From: Macrostomum hystrix | Taxonomy: Eukaryota > Animalia > Platyhelminthes | DNA: 64,000 nt | Reading direction: 5' to 3' | NCBI GenBank assembly: GCA_950097015.1 | Contig: CATNEN010000038.1 | Coordinates: 5,456,001 to 5,520,000 of the forward strand | Shown: piece after piece, positions 31,388 through 44,054 of the stretch | Layout: every line of letters begins with the position of its first letter | How positions within the stretch are numbered: the stretch's first letter is position 1 | Translations under genes and position numbers: made by a program | The notes under the pieces: model-generated | Databases searched by the model: none | What the model was told of the DNA's origin: nothing | The model's input: the letters and a program-made list of their open reading frames with translations, nothing else

Positions 31388-34300
31388 ATGACTGACGCAG
31401 TTGCTCCGGCCTTCTACGTGCTATGGGCAATTTTTTTGACCGTCGTGACTGCTCACCGAGGACCTCTGCAGCCGAGCAGCAGCAGAGGACACACATTCAG
31501 CACTGCCGCCAACAGGTCAAACGAGAAGCTGCTGATCGAGATGCTGGTGGACCGGTATCGCAGCACCGGCTTGTCTGGCCGGCCTGTTTTCAATGCCAGC
31601 GACACGGTGTCGGTCGCGTTCGGGCTGGCCATCATCCAGATACTGGATTTAGATGAGAACCGACAGTTCCTGCGCACCAACTGCTGGCTGCGCTACTCCT
31701 GGACAGACCCGCTGCTTGAGTGGGCGTCCTGGAACAATAGCAACTTCGAGAACATCACTCAGGTGCGCCTGTACCCTGAGCTGGTGTGGACGCCGGATAT
31801 TCGGCTCTTTAACTTCGCCGACACGCGTTTAAAGGAGCAGCGGACGGCTCGAGTTGTAGTCTACTCAAGCGGCAGCGTTCTCTGGATTCCGCAAAGCCTT
31901 TTTAAAAGCACGTGCCCCGTGGAGATTGAGTACTTCCCGTTCGACTCGCAGACCTGCGACCTGGAATTCGGATCGTGGACGTACGATGTGACGCAGATTA
32001 ACCTCACGTGGTTCGGCTTTGAGGTTCGCAGCTTAATTTTTTGTGTCGGGGTGGACTTTTTGTAGAAAATGTTGAAAATGGCATTTCACTTTCACAGGCT
32101 CAAAAGATTTTACAAGGGCTGAATCTGATCAAGTTCCGAGATGCTGACCTAGTTTTAAAGAAATTAACAAGAAAGAATTAGTCCTGAAGAATTAGATCCT
32201 TATTACAGCTTGAAACCTTAAAAGGGCAAAATTTGAATTTCGAGGCCGTGAGCGAAGGTGTTCGTTCGGTTTGCCATGTTCAGTTAGCCAGCTTGTCAAT
32301 CATAAAACGGCGTTGCCTATACATCCACCTGTCAACAGGTTGTCCACGAAAGCTAGTCTTGCGATGCTTCTTCCCATTCTAAGGTGGCCGTAGCAGCAGA
32401 AAAGATGGGCCTATAGCGGCACAGTCAGTTGCAGTGATTCCCTGGGGACTTGCCCGCCTAATGCACGCCTCGTTGCAATCAGAATTAGAACAGAAAAGTT
32501 GAAGCCTTTCCTCTGCCGTTAATAATCCCACACTGCACTGTTGCGACTAGGGAATGGGAATTCGATACCTGAGCTGGAAATCAGCAAGGGCCTGTTCATT
32601 TAAGATAAAGTCATTTGTAACAGAAACTGATAACAGGTGTCATATTGCATAATGTGCTTATTACTGAATAATCGAATTTTTCTTGCTTGTACAGGACACT
32701 CAGGCTCTTGTTTTAGGGTCTAGTTTGATTAGAGCCTAGACAAGACGTCCACAAACTTTTTAAAAAATCGCGGGTCAAAATGACGATAGCGGGCGACATT
32801 GACAGAGGATAGGCGACACAATGGAGTGATGAGACAGTGGAGAGATGAGACAATGGAGAGTTGAGACAATGGAGAGATGAGACAATGGAGAGATGAGACA
32901 ATGGAGAGATGAGACAGTGGAGAGATGAGACAATGGAGAGTTGAGACAATCGAGAGATGAGACAATGGAGAGATGATACAGTGGGGAGATGAGACAATGG
33001 AGAGATGATACAATGGAGAGATGATACAGTGGGGAGATGAGACAATGGAGAGATGATACAATGGAGAGATGATACAATGGAGAGATGATACAGTGGGGAG
33101 ATGAGACAATGGAGAGATGAGACAATGGAGAGATGAGACAATGGAGAGATGAGACAATGGAGAGATGAGACAGTGGAGAGATGAGACAATGGAGAGTTGA
33201 GACAATCGAGAGATGAGACAATGGAGAGATGATACAGTGGGGAGATGATGCAGTGGGGAGATGAGACAATGGAGAGATGAGACAATGGAGAGATGATACA
33301 GTGGGGAGATGAGACAATGGAGTAAAAGCTAACTTTGAAAGTTTTGAGGGCTGTTTCTGCCCCAGGGACCATAGCTTGATGACCCGTGTTCTAGACTAGT
33401 AAGTAATACAAGTTATACTTTTTTCAGAGTACAAACTATTGCGAACTGTTGTTTGCAATAATGTTGAAGCTATTGAGTAAGTACACGGCAAAAAGCCTAT
33501 AGATCCTATTAACTAAAATTTAAGTGAATCTCGGTGCACTTTTTCGATTCTATCTACCGCTGACGTAGATCCAACTGGGAAAACAGAGCAACGAATGAAT
33601 AAAAACGGTTTGCATCGGTGAAAATGGATTAAGGAAATTAAAGTCGCTTGCTATTGTTAAAGAAACTACAGAAAATGTATTTTCTCTTTGCAGTGCGCAG
33701 GTGGGCACTGCTTACCTTAGAATTTACATTAAGGCTTCGATGCCTGCGAGGAAAAACCCGGGCCAGAACTGCTGTCGGGTAATTAATCTTCGATTGCACA
33801 TCAGAATGCATAAAAAGCGACTCCTTTGATTATTTCTGTTTATCCGACCCGAAGCACCACTTGGAACAGTCTATTGCTAAGTTACTTTGCCTCCACTTCA
33901 ATGCACCGCTCTCGCATGGGAATCCTCGATGGCTAGACGTTTGGCCTGTCAGCTCTTTATCCTGCGCATGCAGCAAATGTAGGGCCCGGATTCAGTCGGC
34001 GCGTTGGCTGCTAAAACAGTCAGTTGCGAGGGCAGAAAGTCGGACTGACCATTTGATGGGGAGAAGGATTTCGGCCCGTGTAGCGCAGTAAAAATAAGCC
34101 ATCTAGCCAAGAAAATAAATTCAGCCACTGATATTGGCCAAGCTGGATCACCGCACAGATGAAATTGGGAATTTATCGTTTTACGGAGCTGAACAGCTAC
34201 CAACAATGGGACGGTCTAACTAAAAAAGCCTCTACAGTTGCGTCAGCTCCTCTTTTAGGATTTGTCTTTGCTATTCAGCAAGAGCAACTCATCCATCCTT

Positions 34301-37300
34301 CCGAATTTATCATTTCCCGATAGCTTCAACGATTCTACCAACACTGGACTGCGAACAACATTTATAACACTTCTGAAACATGTTAAAGCATCCATCTTCT
34401 GTGCATTGCACTGTCTGAAGGGCGCCTTCCTAATGAGGATTCCTGCCCTAGGGATGGCTCATTCCAACGCGCATCTGTCTCTAGCTGGGGACTCTCCTCG
34501 GGCCAGATCAGTTCGGTCTGAGCGCTATAAAATTAGCCGATTGGCCTCGGCCAAGGCAACTACATTTGCCACCGACCCCAATGAGGACTCCCCTTCACTC
34601 CCTGAAGCCGCTTTCCCCAGGGTATCGCTTTTAAGGGCCAGAAGAGTGAATCTGTCACTGGAACGAAGCTCGCTTCTGCCGCACGTCCATATCTGGAGCG
34701 CAAAGGAGTTCGGCGAGACAAGGCAGTTAAAACAGGCGGATCGAGAGGACAAAACCAAGGCAGAACGAGAGATGGAAATACAATTTTCTGATATTGCACC
34801 CTAATAGGTTCCGAACGCATTGGCCGCTGCTGTTTGACAAGCATCCTGCTTCGCTGGGATGATTGGTCGACATTGTAAATCTGTCCCAGACCGAATGGGG
34901 GCTATAAATCGGAACCCATGGTTAGGCTCGCATTGTACAGTTCAAATAGCCGCTCGATGGTGACGGCAGTTGCAGTCTGGATAATCCTTGTTAGATGGCC
35001 ACTGTTAGATGCAATGGAGCAGGCTAGGACTCAGCAATTCATTCCATGTTTTTGTCTGACTTTGAGCCTTGCATTTATCTTGTCAGCCTTAGCCCCATCC
35101 CTCTGCAACCATGAATACCCATTGCTTCTGAAAGCACAGTTGGCATACATCAATTCTACGTCGTCTAATGGCGCTATAATGTGGCTATGGTAGCTTTTGT
35201 AGCTCAATTTAATCATAATTCATTACACGACATACGCTATTTTTCACTATTTCTCTGCTTTACTAATATTACTAATCTTTCTTATTAAGTTCACGTGTAG
35301 GTATAAAATTTGGTCCCTCCAGTCTAGGCAGCATGCAATCTGAGCCAGCCAACATGAAGCGATGGCAAAGATTCTCACTCTAATTTATATTGTGCATTGT
35401 TGAGAGTTCGCACATTTTAGTTCCAGGCGAGAGTGCCAGAGCCGTCGAATGTTTCGAATGCACAACCGCTTGACATGAAGACATTATACACCCGTCAAGA
35501 TTTAATACAACCGTCATAAATATTTTATTGAATGTTCGCGAGATTGAAGGGGACATTGCTTGGGAGGAAAAATTTCGGCAAGCACAAAGAATACCAGAGG
35601 CGGCAAATTGTTGAGCCGAATAGGACCACCTATGACCCAAAAGGCTATGGTTTTATGGCACTCTGAAGTGCCCAGCGTGCATAGATTTATGCTTTACCTC
35701 ACAGGTTTGTTGCAATATCGGTTCAAAGTGTTTGATGTGTCTCCTTAATGATTCCCATATTCAGGATGCTTTAATGCAACCCACCGGATATTCTCGGACA
35801 AATTCAACTCTGCAGTATCACTTACAACTCTGCACGACTCTGTTGTTTTTCCCGTATCTGTACGCCGAAATCACTCGATGAGATGAGTGGAGCCGATCGA
35901 TAATTCCCACTCCGTCCCGAGCCATTAATTGTGTTCAAATATTCCGCGATATTCATCAAAGACTAGAAAGTAGAATAAAGTCGGAAATAGTGTACGCTGT
36001 GATACTGATCGATGCTATCTGCCAGCTAGTTATCTCATAATTACATTAAATAAATTTATAATAATCAATTCGATTAAGTAAAAACAAAAGATTGTGCCAA
36101 AACTCAGTCAAAATAAACCCTTCATATAGACTATAACTTTTCCATGGGCTATAGTTGTGCACTTGACCTGAACGATTTCTAGCAATTAATTTAATTGGGC
36201 CAGCCTTGAAAATTAACCAATATTATTGATAGGCACGCTTTCAAAATCCGATGCATATGATTGATGCTTTGCAGCTCGCAAATACAAAATTGCAGTCTAG
36301 TTTGTATGCAATGCAATGTCATTAAAACATGGATTTCATCGCGCCCAGCATTTGAAAAGTTTGCTAATCGAATTTGACCAAGTCTTTGATCAACTCAACC
36401 ATGCCAAAATCGCAGCTGCTTCAAAACCATCGAATGTCCTCAGGGCGAAGACAGGGCCAAAAGGAGAATCTGAGAGGTCAGCTCCATGAAGCTGCTTTTA
36501 GAAGAAGGAAGAACATTGGGATTTACAGAGAGAGATGGCGGCAAAGGAGGAGAAGCGGCTGCCCACAGATTCTGGCCAGAAAACTGGAAAACTGAAAATT
36601 GAGTTTTCCCTCTCTCAACCCGTCCCCAACTGGGGCTCTTCCTGCACTTCGTGATCGCAGCAGCGGAAGCAGCAGCTGCCGAGCGACTGCCCCGCCCGCT
36701 TCTGAGCTGTGTCCCCCCCGGCAGCAGCCGTTCCAGGAAAGCAGTTTGCTCCCAGGCCCTGTTCCGCCCTCCGTCCGAGACAGCGAATCTTTACACAGAT
36801 TTGAGGGCCGGGTGTGTCGACAATTGCAGCCTGCATTTCTTTGCTTCCTTCTTACTCATCGCCGCGCACAATAACAGCTGCCCGCAACCGCGGGACAGAA
36901 CTTGGATTCCTAGTCCGGAGGGCGCAGCAGTTCTGCTAAAACGTTCAGGGAAGGAAAGGATGGGTATTTCGATAATGATACCCGTAATTACCGGTGTCCG
37001 ACAGACTACCGAATTCCTGATACGTAGACTAATAACTAAAAACCGAATTTATGAAAGGATGCAAGAGTTTAACTTTCATTGTAATGCGATTAACACGAAA
37101 GTCTGAAACTTCGCATTTTGCCCAAAGTGGTTCAACACACTGCTGCTATGACTTTCAAGGTTCAGGGTTGAAGCCTGACTCAAAAACTTCTCTGGATGCC
37201 AACTGTTTCTGCAACGAGTTCAGATTGTTATAATCTTACCGTCAAGGGTTATATTTGGCCGACTTAATTCGCCTTAAATTAAAGGCTATTTATTGAGTCG

Positions 37301-38511
37301 TGTGTCGGTGAGGTTGTGTTTTTATGGTCGACGGTTTGCTTAGTAGAAGCCAGAATTACATCTCCCACAGCCATTACAAAGTGATTGAAATTATATGCAT
37401 AAAAATATTCAAACTTTTGAACTGCGAACTTTGTTCTCCGTTTCTTTACCTGATTAAAGTAATTTTAATCCCCAAATATTTGCAGTACGAGCCCAACCTG
37501 TACGAGCCCAACCCCTACATCGACTTCACAAACTACATCAAGAGCCCAGAGTGGATCACAGACGGCCAGGACGACTTTCGTACGCGACCTTCGGAGCGTC
37601 GGCGACAGATTCGCTCGCGCATGGAGTGCAAGAAAGTCACATTCAAGGGACCGGACGGCCGCTCTCACAGCCGCGTCTACCAGCGGCTTGTGTTCAAAAT
37701 ACGCATTCATCGGAACCCAGATTTCTACCTGTCAATATTGGTGCTGCCATGCATTCTAATGTCTTGCCTTACCTGGGTGATATTCTGGTTGCCACCAGAA
37801 TCGCCCGCCAAGATGCTACTTGGCATGAATATTTTCGTGGCCTTCTTCATTCTGCTCGTGCTGCTGGCCAAGACTACACCAAGCGCGGTCAGCACTTTTC
37901 CTAAAATTGGTTACTTCTATGGACTTAACATGGTGATGATCACACTGAGCACCTTTCTAGCAGCTATTGTTCTCAACTTGTACATGAGAGCCGATCGCAG
38001 AGGCCGCATGGGCCCGGTGCTGAGGCTACTCATTCTGGAGGGTCTCGGCCGTCTGTTCCTTGTTCGGCAGACAGTTCCACTTAAAGTCACCACGACGCCA
38101 AGAACGCGCCCTCCGCAGCAGCCAACGTCCTCGCCAATGTCACCGTCGGCTACGGCAGCCGCCGCTGCCGCGGCCGCCCGTAAGGCTCGTCGACACCGGC
38201 TGGACGCACCGCCGGACGAGGCGGATCGCGACTCGCCGCTGCTCGCCTGCGGGGGCGTCGAACGCGAGGTGCGCGAAATTCGGCAATTTCTCAAAGCGCA
38301 CGTTGGCCGTCTAAAGGAGCGAGATAAGCGCAACCAGGCCTGCATGGAGTGGCGCACGCTGGCCATTGTGCTCGATCGCCTGTTCTTCACCGCCTACGTG
38401 CTGTGCATTGTCACGGCTGTGATCATCTTAATTCCAAGATCGCACCAAGCCATTAAGAACAGTGCAGTCACCAACGAGGAGGACTGCTTAGAGGTGACAC
38501 GTGCGAAGTGA
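31388..38511 (+). CDS. Nicotinic acetylcholine receptor-family subunit, non-alpha, predicted anion-selective
   Basis: Two exons 31388-32023 and 37486-38511 (phase 0). Signal peptide, RPV, WTPDI, Cys-loop CPVEIEYFPFDSQTC, FGSWTY, four TM segments, M1-M2 linker LPPESPAK, M4 preceded by EWRTLAIVLDRLF; no vicinal CC in loop C. Confidence 0.92.
32820..33322. repeat. Purine-rich minisatellite, 16-bp unit, in nAChR intron
   Basis: Unit GAGACAATGGAGAGAT; period 16 (33121, 33137). Confidence 0.93.
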
Positions 38512-39075
38512 TAGCCGTAATTTTTACGCTGCCACCTGTCATGCCAGTGCCTTTGTGTCTCCCCCTCGAAGTCAGATCGAGAAGAGTAGAGAAACTCCCA
38601 GACATGCATGCAGAAAACGGCTCGAAGATTTTCTGTTCTATACGCTTTTAATTCCTATAAAGTGGATGCCGACTGTTTCTTAGTGGGAATTTGGCCCAAA
38701 AAACTCGACAGTGAAAGCAGCCCAGCTGATGCCAGATAAAATCTTAATGAACCTGTTCAACCACGAAAGTAACTGACCAAATAGAATGAGCTCGATCGTT
38801 CGGTTGGTACGAATTTTAGATTCTGCATTGCTTACAAATTTTCTTTTTTGCTTTATCCGGAAGAGCTGTATCATGACCAAGTCGGTGCAGTTTGTACTTT
38901 TCTATGCCAGCGCATGTGATAAAAATTTTGTATTCATGTAATTCAGTTTTGTTGATGCTAATATAAATACAACCATTTTGCAACGTTTTGCGTGACAACA
39001 CAAGCCGACACAAAGTATAATATTTAAAACAAAAAAGTGATAATAATAATTGATTACACCTGCCTCTATCGGGCC

Positions 39076-39347
39076 CAATTAGACCGAAGGCAACAGACGC
39101 AGCTATTGCGACACGCACCTGAAGGCTGTGTACAGATGTTCAGTCCATGGACTGAGGGAGTGAGGGGACACCACAGCCACCCTCAATTGCCCCAGCTGAT
39201 GCTGGTATCCTTTTAAAATTTAATATTGGGTGAACTGAAGCAGAGTAGTTGACTTTGGTAAAGGAAAAATTGTTCCAGCAGAGTCGGGAATCGAACTCCC
39301 GACCTTCAAGTCCTGAGTCTGACGCTCTAACCACAGGCTACAGCCAC
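39076..39347 (-). mobile_element. tRNA-derived SINE family B
   Basis: Minus strand begins GTGGCTGTAGCCTGTGGTTAGAGCGTCAGACTC..GGGAGTTCGATTCCCG (A/B boxes); related copy at 48611-48788. Confidence 0.75.
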
Positions 39348-40861
39348 AATGCAAAACAAATACTACTGACAAAAGATTTTTGTACTTTTGCTATCGGTAT
39401 CAAAATAAGTGCTTACGCTCGTAGAACACAAATTTCGTGTCTAATATGATCGAATAGCTTAAAAAGTCTTAACTTTCAGTACTAGCCAGGAATTATTGCT
39501 TTCCTAAAGTCAGCCGGCCCTGTCTTTCCCTCGCGGACCTCCTATCGGTCGGCCTTCGTGGTGTTATTGTTTGGCTGTCACACTACTAGCTAGAGGCAAT
39601 GCGCTTGTGAATAGCGGCAGCAGATTATGCGGGCCGGCAAAGCCCCGCTTGTGAGACCCTCTTTCGGACGCTCCGTTGCCAATGCAATAATACCATAGGG
39701 AGTACTTTGTCATTGTCTGGCCCTTGAATATGTGAGTTACAGACGTCACATCACCGCAATTCAAATATGGATATTTCTCGACTGAGTTGTTTCCAATCGC
39801 TGTGAAGCCAAAGTGGACATCTAGTGGGTACTTTTGAAAGCCCAAGTTGACTCAAAGCCATTCATTACTGAGAGCTCTTTAGAAGGTCCTTGAGAAATGC
39901 TCTCTGGTTATATTTTTCACAATATGGATTGCGATACGTAAAGCCCGTTCTCATATAAGCAGTTCTGAATTCTCAGTTCATCCAATCAAATTAATGCAGT
40001 GCTGCTCTATCAGCCTGTCTTTATGTAGACTTCAGCCAGTCAATTCGATAATTTGCAAAGTCCAACTGACTGCGCGAACTAGCACAGCAAATCGATAAGA
40101 TTTCTGGAATCAAAATCGATGAAGACTGAAAAACGCAGGTCAGGAGAAAAAAAATAAATTGCCGTTGGGGCTGAGGGCTTTCAGCGCGCGCCCGGTTCGT
40201 CTGCAGTCTTTATAAACACAATCGGACAGCTTTTTTCTTCCTAATTACCGAATCTTCGAACCTTCAGCGTCATACTAACCCGTTCTTTGAGCTTAGAAAT
40301 TCACTGACTAAAACCTGCCCGTAGCCGGTGTCGATTCCCTGAAGTAAACACAAAGCATCACTGATCTGCCCTCAAACGCAATCAATAACAACTCCCAAAT
40401 CTCCAAAGAAGTTGCTATATAGTTGCTCTGCAGCCCAGTAGCTTGTTAAGAACAGTTTCGCCCCACCTCAAAAAAAATTCGGCTTCACTTCTCTCCCTTG
40501 CCTTGTCTCTATCTCTCTCTAATACTCGTACCCAGTGTGAATGTCATATCACACAGACTGAGTAAGTCCTGCTCACACTCCCAAATCGCACAAGAATCTC
40601 ATCAGGGCTAGCTGCAATGGGGTGCTCAATGCTATGTCTAATTTGCATATAAATTCAAATTACGCTGAAACTAAATGGCTTAACGCACAATTCCTCTCAC
40701 TCAGTCCGTCTCTATATTTTGTTCTAATATTCTTCAAATCTAGCTTTGCACCATGGTTTCAGAGCAGCTTGAACTTGTCTAGCTAATTCTGATAATTCTG
40801 CGTAAGTAAAGCATGGGCTGCATAGCAAATTGTTATTCTTTTTATTTAAATTATTTTTCAA

Positions 40862-41916
40862 ATGCGCACGCCGATTGGGTGCTGTTTTTTGTTTATTTGA
40901 TGTTGGTAACAATTAAGGCTGAGCAATTCGATTTAAAAAAGCGATAGAAAAACAGTAGCATGCATAAGATTAATTTTAGGGGAATAAAATATTTAAAATT
41001 TGTCAACAGAGGTATTAAAACAAAGAAATGAAATACTGAAATTCGAAGAGAAAATTTAAGCTGTGACTGAAATCACTTCGCTCCCGAAAGGAGAATAGCT
41101 ATTGTGTTTTCGCATTCTAACTATGGGCCTCAGGGCAGTGGCTTTTTTATCTAGCTTTAAGTATGCTTTCTCTGAAGTCCACAAAACTTTCTGTTAATTC
41201 TGTGCTTTCCTGTGTCATTAAATACACAATTTTGTCATCAGCTGTTAGGCTTTCGAAATTTCGAACAGTAACTGCCACTTTCTCTATGAATTTATTTCTA
41301 ATTGGAACATAAACGGACCAATCGCATCTAAAGAGAATATGAGTTTCGCTCTCTACCTCGACTCAACATTTTGGACATGTTCTGTTTTCATAGGCGATTT
41401 TCGGTCTTACAGTGCGCAATATCTCACAGGCCAGTTTGTGGTTTCCTTGACGAAATCGGGACATTGTGCGCCTTTGTTCTGGGTTAGAGATTATTGTTAG
41501 GTACTTTTCTCGGGAGAAATCTTTCTTAAACGTGTAATAGAAGTGGCTGAGCTTGGCTGATTTTCCCATCCTCTGAGTCCAGTGCCTTCGAAACTCTGAC
41601 TCAAAGTTCTCTCTGTGCGTTTTGATGGACTTTGTTTTTCTAGTCTGTTGACAATTCCGCATTACTTCACTATTCTTTTTTCCTAATGCCAACATCACTG
41701 TATTCTGTATCTGCCACCAATTTCGCGATGATGGAGTCTGGTCGGCTCCAAACTGAGGACCAGTATTGAAGGCCTCTTTTTGAATACTATATAATAGTGG
41801 TAGTCTTCCTAATTCGGACCGAGCACCATTGCTGTCAGTGTTTGGACTAACTTGCAGAATCGACTTGCAGATTCTAAAATTAATTCTCTCTATAAGGTTC
41901 CGATCCCAAGTACCCA
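40862..41916 (-). mobile_element. 5'-truncated LINE 3' fragment, second copy of 22288-23330
   Basis: Reverse complement nearly identical to 22288-23121 over 41084-41916, more diverged beyond; same TGA after RTCPKC. Confidence 0.85.
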
Positions 41917-42277
41917 AGTCCCAAGACCCCAATTATGATTTAGACAGAGAAAATATTTCAACGAGCAATTGAAAAAACGAACAGTCCTCGCCCTGTCTGC
42001 TCCGACTAAGTTATCGTTACCTACTTTGCCAGCTATAGGTACAAACAAAGGCACTAACAAGAAGAATCGAGTACTTGCTCAATCAACTATTGTGTCATAT
42101 TTCTATTTTTATCGATGCTAACGTCTGAAGCAAGTTTGTAGCAGATACGCCTGCAATACTACTTGTGGTTTACTAAGTAGCAATAAACGAATTCTGATTA
42201 CCCGTTTTTCTCGCGCTTAGGCACTCGGCATGTCTGGCCGTTTCTCGCGGCACAGAGTTCGCATGACGAGATCAGCG

Positions 42278-42945
42278 ATTTCCCTGGAAACGAGCTTGCT
42301 GACTACCTAGCCAAGCAGGGAGGCGCCAGCTCTGCGCCGGGCCCCTCCCCCCCGGCTCCGATTCCGAACACCGTCATCTATCGTCAGATCAATGACTGGA
42401 CCGCCAACCTCCATCTTACCCGGTGGAGAAGCACCACTAACTGCCGCCAATCCAAAGCGGCAGTTTCAGTGCCATCCACTCGGCTCCGGAAGGTCCTTCT
42501 AAACCAGACCCGGAAGGACATCCGGGCCCTCACCATGACCCTCACGGGCCATGGCTGCTACGCCAGACACTGTTTCCTCCGTGGAGATCTCCGGAGTGAG
42601 CTGTGCCCGTTCTGCAACCTTGAGAACGAGGATGCCCTGCACTTCGTCTGTCACTGCCCTTTCTTCACCAGAGAGAGGCTTAATTACCTCGGACCAAACC
42701 CATCCATGGACGATGTTTGCAGATCCGAGAACATCCCGCGGCTCGTCCGGTTCCTAAGGGCTACCAGACGAGCCTCTTTCTTCCCCAGCGAGGAACAAGC
42801 TGCAGGAAGGACCGAACACGGACCTCCCTGACTGGCCCCGCGCCATCGGCCGACTGCGGGTCTTTCAGGGATTAGCGGAATGGGCGACTCCCGCCTCCCC
42901 GCTGTGTCCATCGGACCGCCCTGCAGATAAGTCAAGTCAAGTCAA
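42278..42945 (+). mobile_element. 5'-truncated RNase H-containing LINE (I/Loa-like) with 9-bp TSD
   Basis: GNELADYLAK (RNase H C-terminal motif), LTGHG and CPFC..EDALHFVCHC zinc finger, (AAGTC)n tail, AGATCAGCG at 42269-42277 and 42946-42954. Confidence 0.88.
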
Positions 42946-43509
42946 AGATCAGCGCCTCAAATTTTGTTATGTTAGTGTTCATGTTAGCGCTGAACTTCTC
43001 TAGTCTTTGAAATCGCACATTTTAAGTGTGAAAAATATAGTCAGATGCGTAAGTATGTGCCTTATTAAAAAAGATTATTACAAAAATTGAACTAAAAAGA
43101 ATTATTAAATTTATTAAACTGTTTTAGCTCCATAACTTATGAACTGCATTTCCTATGAGGTAAAACTGTATACACAGTTAGGAATTTTTCATATAAGTGC
43201 TTTAACTATCCGACAGAAATTCGAATTAATGGTACATGCATACTACAAAATCAACAATAGCAAACTAGTAGATTTACATACGGTATTAGAATTTGGCATT
43301 AATTTCTGCATTGAGAACTAAGAATGATGCGAGTCTACGCTATCATAAGTGAAATAGCATGAGTCGAGCCAAAAACTAGATGTATTAAATAGTTACGCAG
43401 AGAATTTGCATTAGCTTTGCTATCTGTATCAAAGTCAACATTCACTAATATGCAAGCGAGTGAGGCAGCACTAAAAGATATAAAAAAACTGCTATACATT
43501 CTGAATGTA

Positions 43510-44013
43510 CTACTGTCCAGACGCCTCATCAGTAGTAGGCTCCGTTTCAAGCAGCAGGGAGTTGGCCTCTCTAAGCAGGGTGTCAGCTTTGCGAAGCATT
43601 CGACGGCTGAGCGCCAGTCGGCTGCCAGGGCCGCCAGCCGCAGCGGAGATGTCGGAGCCTGCTTCCTCCTGTGGGATGATCGTTTGCTCATGCACTGTAA
43701 ACGGTTCTGGGGTAATTTGACTTTTTAATTTGTGCTTTAAATGGATAACAAGGAAAGACTCACCTGCTGATCAACTGACGCAATTTCGACTTCGACCTCG
43801 GCGTCCCTTCCGACTGTACCCTCTTCAGGAACGCCGGACATGGAGAAGGAACCTCCACGACCACTGATGTTCGGCACTCTGAATGAACCACCGCTGCCAA
43901 CACCAGCGCCACCGCCGCTGTAGCCGCGAAAGCAGCTGCTACCGCATTCGCTTCCTGAGCGCGCAACATCGTCGTAAAGAATTCGACAGTCGGCTTGCAT
44001 GCAGTACAGGCAG

Positions 44014-44054
<41 letters not shown>

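Noticed and set aside
32713-33372. Long overlapping ORFs (SLHCLISPLSHLSIV repeats)
   Set aside because: Translation of a stop-free 16-bp minisatellite in all three frames; same for 63464-63707.
34200-35216. Possible decayed pogo/Tigger-like transposase on the minus strand (QIYNVDQS)
   Set aside because: Single weak motif amid stops and frameshifts; needs a translated profile search to support.
36599-37106. GC-rich ORFs within the nAChR intron
   Set aside because: Non-ATG starts, no recognisable motifs or splice-consistent structure.
37324-37485. N-terminal extension of the 395-aa ORF as a standalone gene start
   Set aside because: It is intronic; a TTTGCAG acceptor at 37485 joins in phase to the ligand-binding exon at 31388-32023.
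39290-39347. tRNA genes at A/B-box sequences (also 28663-28735, 3730-3795)
   Set aside because: They are heads of repeated SINEs with non-tRNA bodies, tails and in some cases TSDs; no complete cloverleaf.
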